Shown here piece after piece: positions 51,338 through 60,204 of a DNA stretch of 64,000 nt (the first letter of the stretch is position 1; the number at the start of each line of letters is the position of its first letter). Source of the stretch: a virus. Lineage: Duplodnaviria > Caudoviricetes. The translations under genes were made by a program, and so were the position numbers. The DNA lies in IMG/VR virus record IMGVR_UViG_3300035498_000778, positions 1 to 64,000 of that record; one strand, 5' to 3'. A model generated the notes under the pieces. It saw only the letters and a program-made list of their open reading frames with translations, searched no databases and was not told the DNA's origin.

Positions 51338-52354
51338 ATGGAAATACGTGAATTAAAGTCACAGATAATACAGTCTATTATTACTAGACCTGTATTCTCA
51401 AAATATAATGGGGATGAATTAGTTACTAAGTGCCCTTTTTGTGGAGATAACAATAAATTAGACGACGGTCATTTATATATACAAACCAATGAACTCGATG
51501 ATTCCAAACCGATGTTATATCACTGCTTTAAATGTAATGAGAGTGGTAAAGTGAACACGGAGTTATTGGAACTACTAGATATCTTCGATGATGAGATAAA
51601 TTCAGATCTTAGTAGAATGAATAAATCTAAATATAAGATAGTAAATGTTAAGAATAACGAATTGAAAACTTATAAATGGAAGATGCCAATCGCCACAAAA
51701 AGGGACATCAACAAAATACAATATATTGAAAAACGCCTAGGCATTAAGCTCAACAAGTATATATACGATGATGCAAAAATTGTGCCTAATCTTAAAGATT
51801 TTCTTAGATTAAATGAACTAACCGCAACCTGCAAAGATGATATGCTTGATATTGTGTCAAATAATTTTGTAGGTTTTATGACTTCACGAGGTACACATAT
51901 ATGGTTTAGAAACATTAAGGATAGCGGTGAAATACGATGGTATAAGTACCCCATTATTCACTGTACTGCGGGTAAAAACTATTATTCTATAAAAACGGAA
52001 ATAGATATATTGAGCCCTGACAATATTAATATCAACTTATGTGAGGGCGTGTTTGACGCATTATCCATTGCATACAATTTATGCTATGAGAGTGATTTAA
52101 ACATAGCAGTCGGATCTACAGATTATTTACCAGTCATCAATCACATTATATCATTGGGACTAGTGGGAGATAATATAACACTGAATATATACAGTGATAA
52201 TGACAATAATGCGACAACGTCAATACAAAATTATAGGAGATTACTATATGGTTTCAAACCAATATTTAAGGAAATTAATATATATTATAATTTATTAGAG
52301 AAAGATTGTGGTGTGCCCAGAGAAAAGATAAGATTGAAAAAAGAGATAATATAA
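51338..52354 (+). CDS. DNA primase (T4 gp61-like)
   Basis: CPFCGD...YHCFKC zinc ribbon; TOPRIM LCEGVFDAL and YSDND. Confidence 0.85.
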   Translation: MEIRELKSQIIQSIITRPVFSKYNGDELVTKCPFCGDNNKLDDGHLYIQTNELDDSKPMLYHCFKCNESGKVNTELLELLDIFDDEINSDLSRMNKSKYKIVNVKNNELKTYKWKMPIATKRDINKIQYIEKRLGIKLNKYIYDDAKIVPNLKDFLRLNELTATCKDDMLDIVSNNFVGFMTSRGTHIWFRNIKDSGEIRWYKYPIIHCTAGKNYYSIKTEIDILSPDNININLCEGVFDALSIAYNLCYESDLNIAVGSTDYLPVINHIISLGLVGDNITLNIYSDNDNNATTSIQNYRRLLYGFKPIFKEINIYYNLLEKDCGVPREKIRLKKEII

Positions 52355-52391
52355 ATACAGCTACAGGTCAACTGTAGTTGTATTTTTTTAT

Positions 52392-53234
52392 TTATATTCC
52401 TAACCAAGCTATAGCATCATAAACAGATTCATTTACATCATTGATCGTTGTATTCTGGGTACTTTTATAATTTATTATAACTTGCTTAAGATTTCGAAGA
52501 ATACTGCTATACGCCAATTGAGCAACCTGTAAAGATAATTTGTACCTTCTAATTTCTAAGTTGGTAACTTTATTAATAATAGTACTTAGTTCGCTATCAT
52601 ATTGAGGTATGCGTCGGTTACAATAATTGATAGTATCATTCACTAAACGTTCGCACGTCTTAACATCATTATTAAGTCGGTCTACTGCACTAGCCATATG
52701 GTCAATATATTTATAGTTTATAATATCCTCAACATATATTTTCGAGTTTTTGAGGGTGTTATCTGAGATATCTTTTTCGATGCTTTCAAATATTTCGTTA
52801 TTACAATTAATTGACTCATTCATTTCCTCTTTAACTATTTTAAACGCTTCGTCGTATACTGCTCTCGCCTCTTTTCTGGCACGCTTTGCAAGTCGTTCAG
52901 GAATATTATCCAATTCTTTATTAAGTGCGTCCATATCGATGTCAGAACTTATAAGATCACCCTCTACTTCATCAATCATTGAACGAAGAGCTTTTATATT
53001 ATTTGATATGCTAGAGGTTGTATTCAACGTCTTTAAATAATAATCTACATTTATAACGTCAACTTGCAATTTAAGTATATTTTTATCCTCTTTAGCTAAT
53101 TCTCTTACCCTTGATAAGTAGTTATCGGAATTCTTCTTAAAAATTACGCTTTGTAATTTTTCAATAAACTCTTTTATTTTTTCTTTTATGGCTTTAAATA
53201 ACTCACCTAATCTAGTCTTAATTTTTTCAAGCAT
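52392..53234 (-). CDS. orphan member of inner-head paralog family
   Basis: Begins with family helix LEKIKTRLGELFKAIKEKIKEFI; ends VNESVYDAIAWLGI. Confidence 0.65.
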   Translation of the reverse strand: MLEKIKTRLGELFKAIKEKIKEFIEKLQSVIFKKNSDNYLSRVRELAKEDKNILKLQVDVINVDYYLKTLNTTSSISNNIKALRSMIDEVEGDLISSDIDMDALNKELDNIPERLAKRARKEARAVYDEAFKIVKEEMNESINCNNEIFESIEKDISDNTLKNSKIYVEDIINYKYIDHMASAVDRLNNDVKTCERLVNDTINYCNRRIPQYDSELSTIINKVTNLEIRRYKLSLQVAQLAYSSILRNLKQVIINYKSTQNTTINDVNESVYDAIAWLGI

Positions 53235-53337
53235 TAATAAAAACTCCTTTCATTTGTGCTTATTATGTATACTGTTTTTAAATAGTTCATAACAATAATG
53301 TAATAAAATTTTTATAACTTGAAAGGATTGATAAATA

Positions 53338-53775
53338 ATGATAACAAAATTTGAGGGCGACTACGATTATTTAAATATGTTTCACAACTGTTCAGTGACA
53401 TTTGAAGGTAGAACATATCTCAACGCATATGCGGCTTATCAAGCAAGTAAATGTGCTAATGAAAACGACAAACGTGCATTCACTAGATTAAATGCCCTCA
53501 AGGCTAAGAAGAGGTCTCGTACCATTACTGCTAGAGACGATTGGGATAAAATAAAGTTTGATATCATGTATAAGATACAAGAGGCAAAGTTTACACAGAA
53601 TGAAGACTTGAAGGAAAAACTATTAAAAACTAAGGGTCTAATTGTTAACAACACAAGTTATCCTGATAAAGACTACGGAGTACATAATGGACGAGGCAAG
53701 AACGCATTAGGAGCAATCTTAATGGAATTACGTGATAATTTATTATCACAGGAAAGAGATCAAACCGAGGAATAA
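53338..53775 (+). CDS. NADAR (YbiA-like) family protein
   Basis: YQASK, RDDWDKIK..IM, AKFTQN..LKEKLLKT, GKNALG.ILMELR. Confidence 0.85.
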   Translation: MITKFEGDYDYLNMFHNCSVTFEGRTYLNAYAAYQASKCANENDKRAFTRLNALKAKKRSRTITARDDWDKIKFDIMYKIQEAKFTQNEDLKEKLLKTKGLIVNNTSYPDKDYGVHNGRGKNALGAILMELRDNLLSQERDQTEE

Positions 53776-53835
53776 AATAACTACGCTTATGGACTAAAAC
53801 AAAGTTCCATAAGCGTAGTCTTTTTTGTCGTGTAA

Positions 53836-54099
53836 TTAACGACTATAAAATCTTCTTTCATTATATACATTTTCCATCATGCCTTTCTTTAGGACATATC
53901 TGAAATCAAAGTCCAATGGTCTATTAATTCCTAATGCCTTATATAAATCTTTTCGATATGAAATATCATGCTTGTAATCGTAAAATCCTATGTCTGTCAT
54001 CCATTCTTCATATCCCTTATCATATAGTCGCACATCAATGTTTGTTCCTTCAATCCATTTTTCCCTCTTCTTATTCTTCAAAAACAGCATTAATATCAT
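53836..54099 (-). CDS. small hypothetical protein
   Basis: GAAAGGA SD; AACA-TTAATA-TA at 54138-54149 (minus). Confidence 0.6.
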   Translation of the reverse strand: MILMLFLKNKKREKWIEGTNIDVRLYDKGYEEWMTDIGFYDYKHDISYRKDLYKALGINRPLDFDFRYVLKKGMMENVYNERRFYSR

Positions 54100-54178
54100 A
54101 TCCTTTCTCTTGTTCTACATAATATTTTTTCTTTCTATATATTAATGTTTGTTTTGAGTATATGATAAATAATCGTTA

Positions 54179-54213
54179 CCGTAATGACGTAAACTATAGT
54201 TATATATTATAAT
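54179..54213 (+). promoter_or_regulatory. bipartite early promoter CCGTAAT-N14-TTATATATTATAAT
   Basis: Exact match with 14-nt spacer. Confidence 0.75.
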
Positions 54214-54266
54214 TGTGAAGTAAAGAAATAATGAGTACATTATGAACTACTTCAATATGTAAGCAC

Positions 54267-54318
54267 ATCCTGATCTGGAATATTGGAACGCCCAAATCAG
54301 GATATTTTCTATGTTCCA
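54267..54318 (+). promoter_or_regulatory. predicted H-type pseudoknot 5' leader (copy E)
   Basis: ATCCTGATCTGG-aatat-TGGAAC-gc-CCAAATCAGGAT-attttctat-GTTCCA. Confidence 0.7.
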
Positions 54319-54348
54319 TCGGGGAAAGCTTAAAGGAGGCCCCATATC

Positions 54349-54495
54349 ATGAAAGAAATGTTCGAACGTATGGTTGAAGAAATCGCTGAGGCTCAGAACT
54401 ACATAGACAGTAGCTGGGATGCTGTAGGGCATTCATCTGTTTACTGGACTAATGACAATAGCTCAGATGAAACTTTCGATTATTACGAAGCCTAA
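54349..54495 (+). CDS. 48-aa acidic early peptide (not in ORF track)
   Basis: AAGGAGG SD; MKEMFERMVEEIAEAQNYIDSSWDAVGHSSVYWTNDNSSDETFDYYEA. Confidence 0.65.
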   Translation: MKEMFERMVEEIAEAQNYIDSSWDAVGHSSVYWTNDNSSDETFDYYEA

Positions 54496-54589
54496 GAATT
54501 TTGATATTCATGATGACATAAGTAAGCCCGTTGAGATTCAGAACCTCAACGATCCACTCTAGACCATAGATTCTTAAGGAGGAATCATT

Positions 54590-55039
54590 ATGTTAAGAAC
54601 AACCTTAACCAACACTATATCCGCTATTAGCGGAGTAATCTCTAAGGCACATGCCGCTCACCCAATAATCACTGGGTTAGTATTGTCAGAAGCTATCGAA
54701 ATGGGTATTAGAACTGTCAGCGGAATAATAACCACTGCAGTATTCAAAGTAGCCAAGATAGAAGACAGCCCTATGCCAACTGACACTGATGATATCGTTA
54801 GCATGACTCTCAAGCTTTCAGCCAGCAAAAGACGTATATGCTGTAACGGTATAGTCATTGCTCTTAGAGTATTAGTCATACTTGCATTGGGTACTATTCA
54901 GAGCCCAATTGCAGCATCACTCGTGAGATTCCTAATATTCGATAACGTACTTACACTCATCTCTGGTATAATAGTTCCTTATATGATGCGTGCGTTATTA
55001 CATGGTATCGATAAAGTCTCAGAAGTATGTGCTGCATAG
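54590..55039 (+). CDS. multi-TM membrane protein
   Basis: 149 aa; several hydrophobic segments; AAGGAGG SD. Confidence 0.7.
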   Translation: MLRTTLTNTISAISGVISKAHAAHPIITGLVLSEAIEMGIRTVSGIITTAVFKVAKIEDSPMPTDTDDIVSMTLKLSASKRRICCNGIVIALRVLVILALGTIQSPIAASLVRFLIFDNVLTLISGIIVPYMMRALLHGIDKVSEVCAA

Positions 55040-55141
55040 TAAACCCACAAAACAATATTCATCTCACTCAGAGTACAAATTGTACTCATTCATAATATTC
55101 ATCGCATTGGGTTTAAAGTGAGTATACCTTATTTATAAACA

Positions 55142-55191
55142 AGGTGGATACGTAAAACGGAACGACGTATTCATCTAAATTCTATGTTCCG
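55142..55191 (+). promoter_or_regulatory. predicted H-type pseudoknot 5' leader (copy F)
   Basis: AGGTGGATACGT-aaaa-CGGAAC-g-ACGTATTCATCT-aaattctat-GTTCCG. Confidence 0.7.
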
Positions 55192-55215
55192 ATCAGGGTA
55201 GGAGGCCCATGAATT

Positions 55216-55971
55216 ATGAAAAAGATGTTACTAATCACCGCTGGTGTAGCTGCAGTTGCTGCAACAGTTATTGCTTCTATGGTAGTTATCAACAAGAAGA
55301 AAACACAACAAGTTGATACTATAGATGACACATTCGAATGCAGTGGCGATTGCGAAAACTGTCCTAGATACGACACATGCTGTGACATCGAAATCGAAGA
55401 AGTTTACGTTGAAGGTGTTACAACTGAGGATGAAACATCTGAAGAAAATACACCTGATACATCTGAAGACGACACTACCGACATCAACGATGACAACAGC
55501 GACGAAGATGACCCAAGAACCATCTACAACCGTATTATGCATAATGACTCTAAGGTGACCGAATTCCTCAAAGTAAAAATGCTTGCATCAATATCCGAGA
55601 TGGAATCTAAAGACTACAAAGGAAAACTAAATCATCCAGACTCTCAGGCATATTACAGATACAATAGTTTTGCAAATGCCCTCGCTAAGCTTGTAAGCAT
55701 ACGACTAAATATAAATATGATGCATGTGAATAATGAAAGCTTATTACGTGAAGAACCTATCGTTGGCTCTATCATAGAAACAGCCGCAAGAGTATTCTAC
55801 TTATCTGAAGATGGTAAGAATGTAGTGTGTGACCATGATGCCCATGAAAAGTTATTATTGTTATACTCAGAGTTCGACAAAAAATTTGGATACCAACATG
55901 AGGTAGACCATGTCCTAATGTATGAAGAAGTGGCCAAAGATTGTATCGATGGAGTTAACGACATTAAATAG
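55216..55971 (+). CDS. membrane-anchored protein with Cys cluster and acidic linker
   Basis: N-terminal hydrophobic anchor; CSGDCENCPRYDTCC. Confidence 0.75.
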   Translation: MKKMLLITAGVAAVAATVIASMVVINKKKTQQVDTIDDTFECSGDCENCPRYDTCCDIEIEEVYVEGVTTEDETSEENTPDTSEDDTTDINDDNSDEDDPRTIYNRIMHNDSKVTEFLKVKMLASISEMESKDYKGKLNHPDSQAYYRYNSFANALAKLVSIRLNINMMHVNNESLLREEPIVGSIIETAARVFYLSEDGKNVVCDHDAHEKLLLLYSEFDKKFGYQHEVDHVLMYEEVAKDCIDGVNDIK

Positions 55972-55980
55972 CAACAATTT

Positions 55981-56008
55981 AAAAAGAGTTTCATATGAAA
56001 CTCTTTTT
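55981..56008. terminator. 28-bp perfect palindrome + T-tract
   Basis: AAAAAGAGTTTCAT|ATGAAACTCTTTTT. Confidence 0.8.
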
Positions 56009-56341
56009 TTTTGTGTTATTATTTGCTTTTTCTTTTAAAAATGCTTTAACTATTGTATTTATTATAAATAGTAATATTGGTGTTATGAAAAATTTCTCAC
56101 TACCAGAAAACAAAAAATAAAATTAAAAGTATAGTGAAGATTTCTTCACTATACTGTTATATCAAATTTATAGAATCGTCTATGCAATAGATGCTGGAGG
56201 ATAAACACCTAAATAATATTCATAGGCATCATTATCAAATCTTAATTACATAATTGTTGGTTGTCGATCAGCTCAAGAATGATTTTTGATTTATCATCGA
56301 ACTTTTATTTAATTTATAAAATATTTTGGAGGAATATTAAA

Positions 56342-58939
56342 ATGAGAATAACATATATCAAATTGGTTAATTTCATAAATTTTTATAATTGCCTAGAGAC
56401 GACAGAAGTGTCAATAGATTTAAGTGAAGCTAATAATAGGATACTATTGATTACTGGAGCAAATGGAACTGGAAAGACGTCTTTACTATCAACACTACAT
56501 CCGTTTGCTACAAACGGTACCATGGATGTTAGAAGTGATAACAGTCTAATCAGAAAAGGTGAAGAAGGGTACAAAGAGATCCACATACAAGACGGATCAC
56601 ACAAATATGTGATAAAACATTTTTTTTCACCAAAAGGAGATACACATAGCGTAAAGTCGTACATCGCCAAAGATGACGTAGAGTTAAACACGAATGGAAA
56701 TGTTACATCCTTTAAAGCGATTATAAGCGAAGAATTAGATATGGAGCCAGAATACTTGAAACTAATGAGACTAGGCTCTAATGTTACTAATTTTATAGAC
56801 CAAAAAAGTACTGATAGAAAAAACTACATGAGTAAGATATTAGATGATGTAGATTTATTCATGAAATATTATAAGGTAAGTACTAATAAAATTAGAGAAC
56901 TTAAAACCATTATATCTCATTTATCGGATAAACTCAATAAACTAAATATATCAAATATAGATGAATATGTACTTGACATTGAAACTCAGAAAGAAAAGCT
57001 CACTGTAATAGAAACGAAAATAAAAGAACTAGAGCAGAAGCAAGCCATTTATAATCATGAAGTTGAAACTAGAGATGGTATAGGTGATATCACATCTGAA
57101 ATAGCTGTGTTGCAAGCTAAATTAAAAAAAGTTGATAAAGATGATCCTGAGGTGCAGTCAATATCTGATTGTGAGATAGCGATAGCAAATTTAGAAGAAA
57201 GACAAAATACTCTGAAACAGGAAATTGAGGTATCAAAATCATTACATGAAAATAATTTGAACCAATTATCAGAATTATCTTTAGAAATAAATGAATGCGA
57301 ATGTGAGATAGAAAAAGCTGAATTAGCATTTAAACTTCACGACTTAAGTAAAGAACGCGATGATATAGATGACAGAATAAAAAATATTTATAAGATTCAT
57401 AAAGATTTCGTGGACAGAGATGCATATCCATATACAAAGTCTGAACTAGAATTGTTGATATCCGCTTTATTGACATGCAATGAATTAGCAAGTACAATTA
57501 AGTCGTACAATCACGATGCATTAGTAAGAGTAACAGAATTAATAGAGAGCGGAAGTGATGTCAAAAGTGAAATAAGCAAGGGTTATTATTTATTATCGCA
57601 GAAGAGAACATCGCAAGAAGCTTACATGATAATAAATAAATTCATCGATGATATAGCAGATTGCCAGCCTAGTTGTGAGAATCAATCATGTCCACTTATG
57701 AAATTCTGGAACAAATATAAATCATTAAACACACATGTTGATCAGTCTGACAGTATGGGAGAGGATTATTATGAAGATATGTCGATTATTAATAACACTA
57801 TCATCTCTATCAATAAAACCCTTGAAAATTCTATAGGAATAATCAATAAACTTCCTGTTGAATTACAGATATTCTTAAGTCAGAAAGCTATGTTTGATAA
57901 TTTGATAAGGAATAGAGAATGCGTAGATATAAAACCATTTAATAAGCTATTATCAGATATAAGCGAATATGAATATCTTCAAGAACTTATTAAAGAATAT
58001 GATGCTATAGAAAAACGAATATCTCTAGCTAAAACCGATAGTAATATGGATTATTTAGAAAGAAGATTGTCTGAGTTGAACTGTAGAGTCGACGAACTTT
58101 CATCTTCCAACAGAGGTTTGCTTAATAAAATAGATACTAATACTAAGTCACTTAAGATATGTGAGAAGGACTTGGATAATATCACTACACTTTATGATAT
58201 ATTTTTGAATGTACAAGAAATAAGAGAATGTATATCAGAACTTAGAGAACAAGAGGAAGAAGTAAGCAAGTATCAATCTTTATTGAGTGAAGTCTCTGCA
58301 CATTTATCCAATTTACGTATTACACAAGTTAATATGAGTAGAGAAATAAACCAAGCGGACTATAAGATTAATGAGTACAATAATTTGATTGATGAATTTA
58401 ATAAGTACAATAAGAAGTACGACAAACAAATGCTAGTCCATAGAGCACTAAGTACAAAAGAAGGTATACCATTGAAATTCATTGAGATGTACTTTAAAAA
58501 GACTAATATGATAACTAATGATTTATTATATGCGGTGTACGGAGATTCGCTACAATTGAATCAGTTTGTTATTAATTCTGATGAATTCAAAATTCCTTAT
58601 ACTGTAAGAAATATGACTATACCTGACGTAGCATATGCAAGTCAAGGTGAAAAATCGTTTATTTCATTAGCGTTGTCGTTCGCTCTTGCATCACAAAATT
58701 TGACTAGATATAATATAATGCTTTTAGACGAGGTTGACGGTGTACTTGACAAATCAAAACGTGAAATGTTTATGCCGATTTTGGATACCCAGCTTGACAT
58801 GGTAGATGGTGAGCAAGTTATTCTGATATCACACAATTTTATGTTTGATAGTACACCTGTCGATGTTATAGACATGAGTAACAATGATAGAAATAACGAA
58901 TTGCCACTGGCGCACTATATTAAACTAAATATAAAGTAA
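56342..58939 (+). CDS. SbcC/Rad50-like SMC ATPase
   Basis: Walker A GANGTGKT, coiled coil with CENQSCP hook-like motif, signature ASQGE, Walker B MLLDEVD, ISH; start re-called. Confidence 0.9.
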   Translation: MRITYIKLVNFINFYNCLETTEVSIDLSEANNRILLITGANGTGKTSLLSTLHPFATNGTMDVRSDNSLIRKGEEGYKEIHIQDGSHKYVIKHFFSPKGDTHSVKSYIAKDDVELNTNGNVTSFKAIISEELDMEPEYLKLMRLGSNVTNFIDQKSTDRKNYMSKILDDVDLFMKYYKVSTNKIRELKTIISHLSDKLNKLNISNIDEYVLDIETQKEKLTVIETKIKELEQKQAIYNHEVETRDGIGDITSEIAVLQAKLKKVDKDDPEVQSISDCEIAIANLEERQNTLKQEIEVSKSLHENNLNQLSELSLEINECECEIEKAELAFKLHDLSKERDDIDDRIKNIYKIHKDFVDRDAYPYTKSELELLISALLTCNELASTIKSYNHDALVRVTELIESGSDVKSEISKGYYLLSQKRTSQEAYMIINKFIDDIADCQPSCENQSCPLMKFWNKYKSLNTHVDQSDSMGEDYYEDMSIINNTIISINKTLENSIGIINKLPVELQIFLSQKAMFDNLIRNRECVDIKPFNKLLSDISEYEYLQELIKEYDAIEKRISLAKTDSNMDYLERRLSELNCRVDELSSSNRGLLNKIDTNTKSLKICEKDLDNITTLYDIFLNVQEIRECISELREQEEEVSKYQSLLSEVSAHLSNLRITQVNMSREINQADYKINEYNNLIDEFNKYNKKYDKQMLVHRALSTKEGIPLKFIEMYFKKTNMITNDLLYAVYGDSLQLNQFVINSDEFKIPYTVRNMTIPDVAYASQGEKSFISLALSFALASQNLTRYNIMLLDEVDGVLDKSKREMFMPILDTQLDMVDGEQVILISHNFMFDSTPVDVIDMSNNDRNNELPLAHYIKLNIK

Positions 58940-58965
58940 GAAGAGGGATTTCCTCTTCTTACTTT

Positions 58966-60204
58966 TTACATAGATCTTGGTCTAGAATCATCAAGGATAT
59001 CTTCAACCATACTATTTACATACTCAACGTTTACATATATTAATATCTTATATGTGTAATATACGCCGCATCTTATGAACTTAATTTTCATATTTTCCAT
59101 ATCAACTATATAGTTAACTCCACTAGTCATAGGTTTTCCCTGTTGACGTATTCGAATATCTATGAAGTTTGTCCACGGAACGCCTGTAGCAATATGTCTT
59201 CGTATTACATGTTTTAAGCTGGCATTAAACAATGATGATATATCGATTTCATCATTTGGGTTATCCAATTTACATGATGGCTGTGTATATAATTGCCATC
59301 CGTCTTTTAAATCATAATCTTCCGCACATATAACATCAGTATATACAGGTATGATTGTAGCGTTATCAGGAACAGGTAATGTCATAGTTTTATTAAGTTT
59401 ATTAGAAAATAAGTAATAGAATCCAGTTCCCCAAAACTCTGCTCGAATATTAAATGATAATTGATACTGACTCATTACTTGTCCTACCTTTTCGCCTTCG
59501 TCTGTGCTTAATCCATTAATTATTGTGTCAATGTTAAGTGGATAGTATCTGTAAAACTCTGTACTATTAGTACTTCCCTGAAGCCTGTACGTAATCGGAT
59601 ATCTAGATATTCCGTTTAGATATTTGACAAACGGTTCAACAGAACCAGAAGCGTCTAACATCGGGACTCCAGATATATCCGAGATGATTTTCATTAGGTC
59701 AGGTGATAAGTAACTCTCTGCAGCGGTATTTATAGTTATACTACGAGTATTGCCTATATTATTTCTTATAAACGTTGCGTAGTTTATTTGCTCCATAAGG
59801 GTTGAGAATATTAATACAACATCGAAGTTTAATACACAACGGTCTAATTTAAATTTCATGCATATATTATGCTTTCTATCTAATATAAAATCTTCAAGGT
59901 TTGTACCACCATATTTACTATAAATATCTGTCATTCTTTCGTTCACCAATGTTTCGCCCATGAACATGTTAGAACTGTCCCAATCTATTCTAGGACGTAA
60001 TATCATCATAGGTTTCTCTTTTTTAAATACCTCATTTGTTGTAGATCTTAACTGCTTATGGGCTATTTTGCTATTCACATGAATCGTCTTAAATAGTCCT
60101 TGTGGGAACATGTCTAAAATCTTTTTTTGGATAATAGCTGTTATGTTACCATATGTGTGTGCTGAAGATGTTAAACATGAAATATAGTTTATGCCCTCAT
60201 TCAT
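58966..60204 (-). CDS. hypothetical late protein (possibly tail/neck)
   Basis: 412 aa; AACA-ATTCTT-TA at 60229-60240 (minus). Confidence 0.7.
   Translation of the reverse strand: MNEGINYISCLTSSAHTYGNITAIIQKKILDMFPQGLFKTIHVNSKIAHKQLRSTTNEVFKKEKPMMILRPRIDWDSSNMFMGETLVNERMTDIYSKYGGTNLEDFILDRKHNICMKFKLDRCVLNFDVVLIFSTLMEQINYATFIRNNIGNTRSITINTAAESYLSPDLMKIISDISGVPMLDASGSVEPFVKYLNGISRYPITYRLQGSTNSTEFYRYYPLNIDTIINGLSTDEGEKVGQVMSQYQLSFNIRAEFWGTGFYYLFSNKLNKTMTLPVPDNATIIPVYTDVICAEDYDLKDGWQLYTQPSCKLDNPNDEIDISSLFNASLKHVIRRHIATGVPWTNFIDIRIRQQGKPMTSGVNYIVDMENMKIKFIRCGVYYTYKILIYVNVEYVNSMVEDILDDSRPRSM

Noticed and set aside
54524-54585. Possible eighth pseudoknot before 54590
   Set aside because: P1 (CGTTGAG/CTCAACG) is present but P2 would be only 4 bp; not counted
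56107-56128. Similarity to reverse complement of 19305-19328
   Set aside because: Low-complexity A/T tract; likely chance
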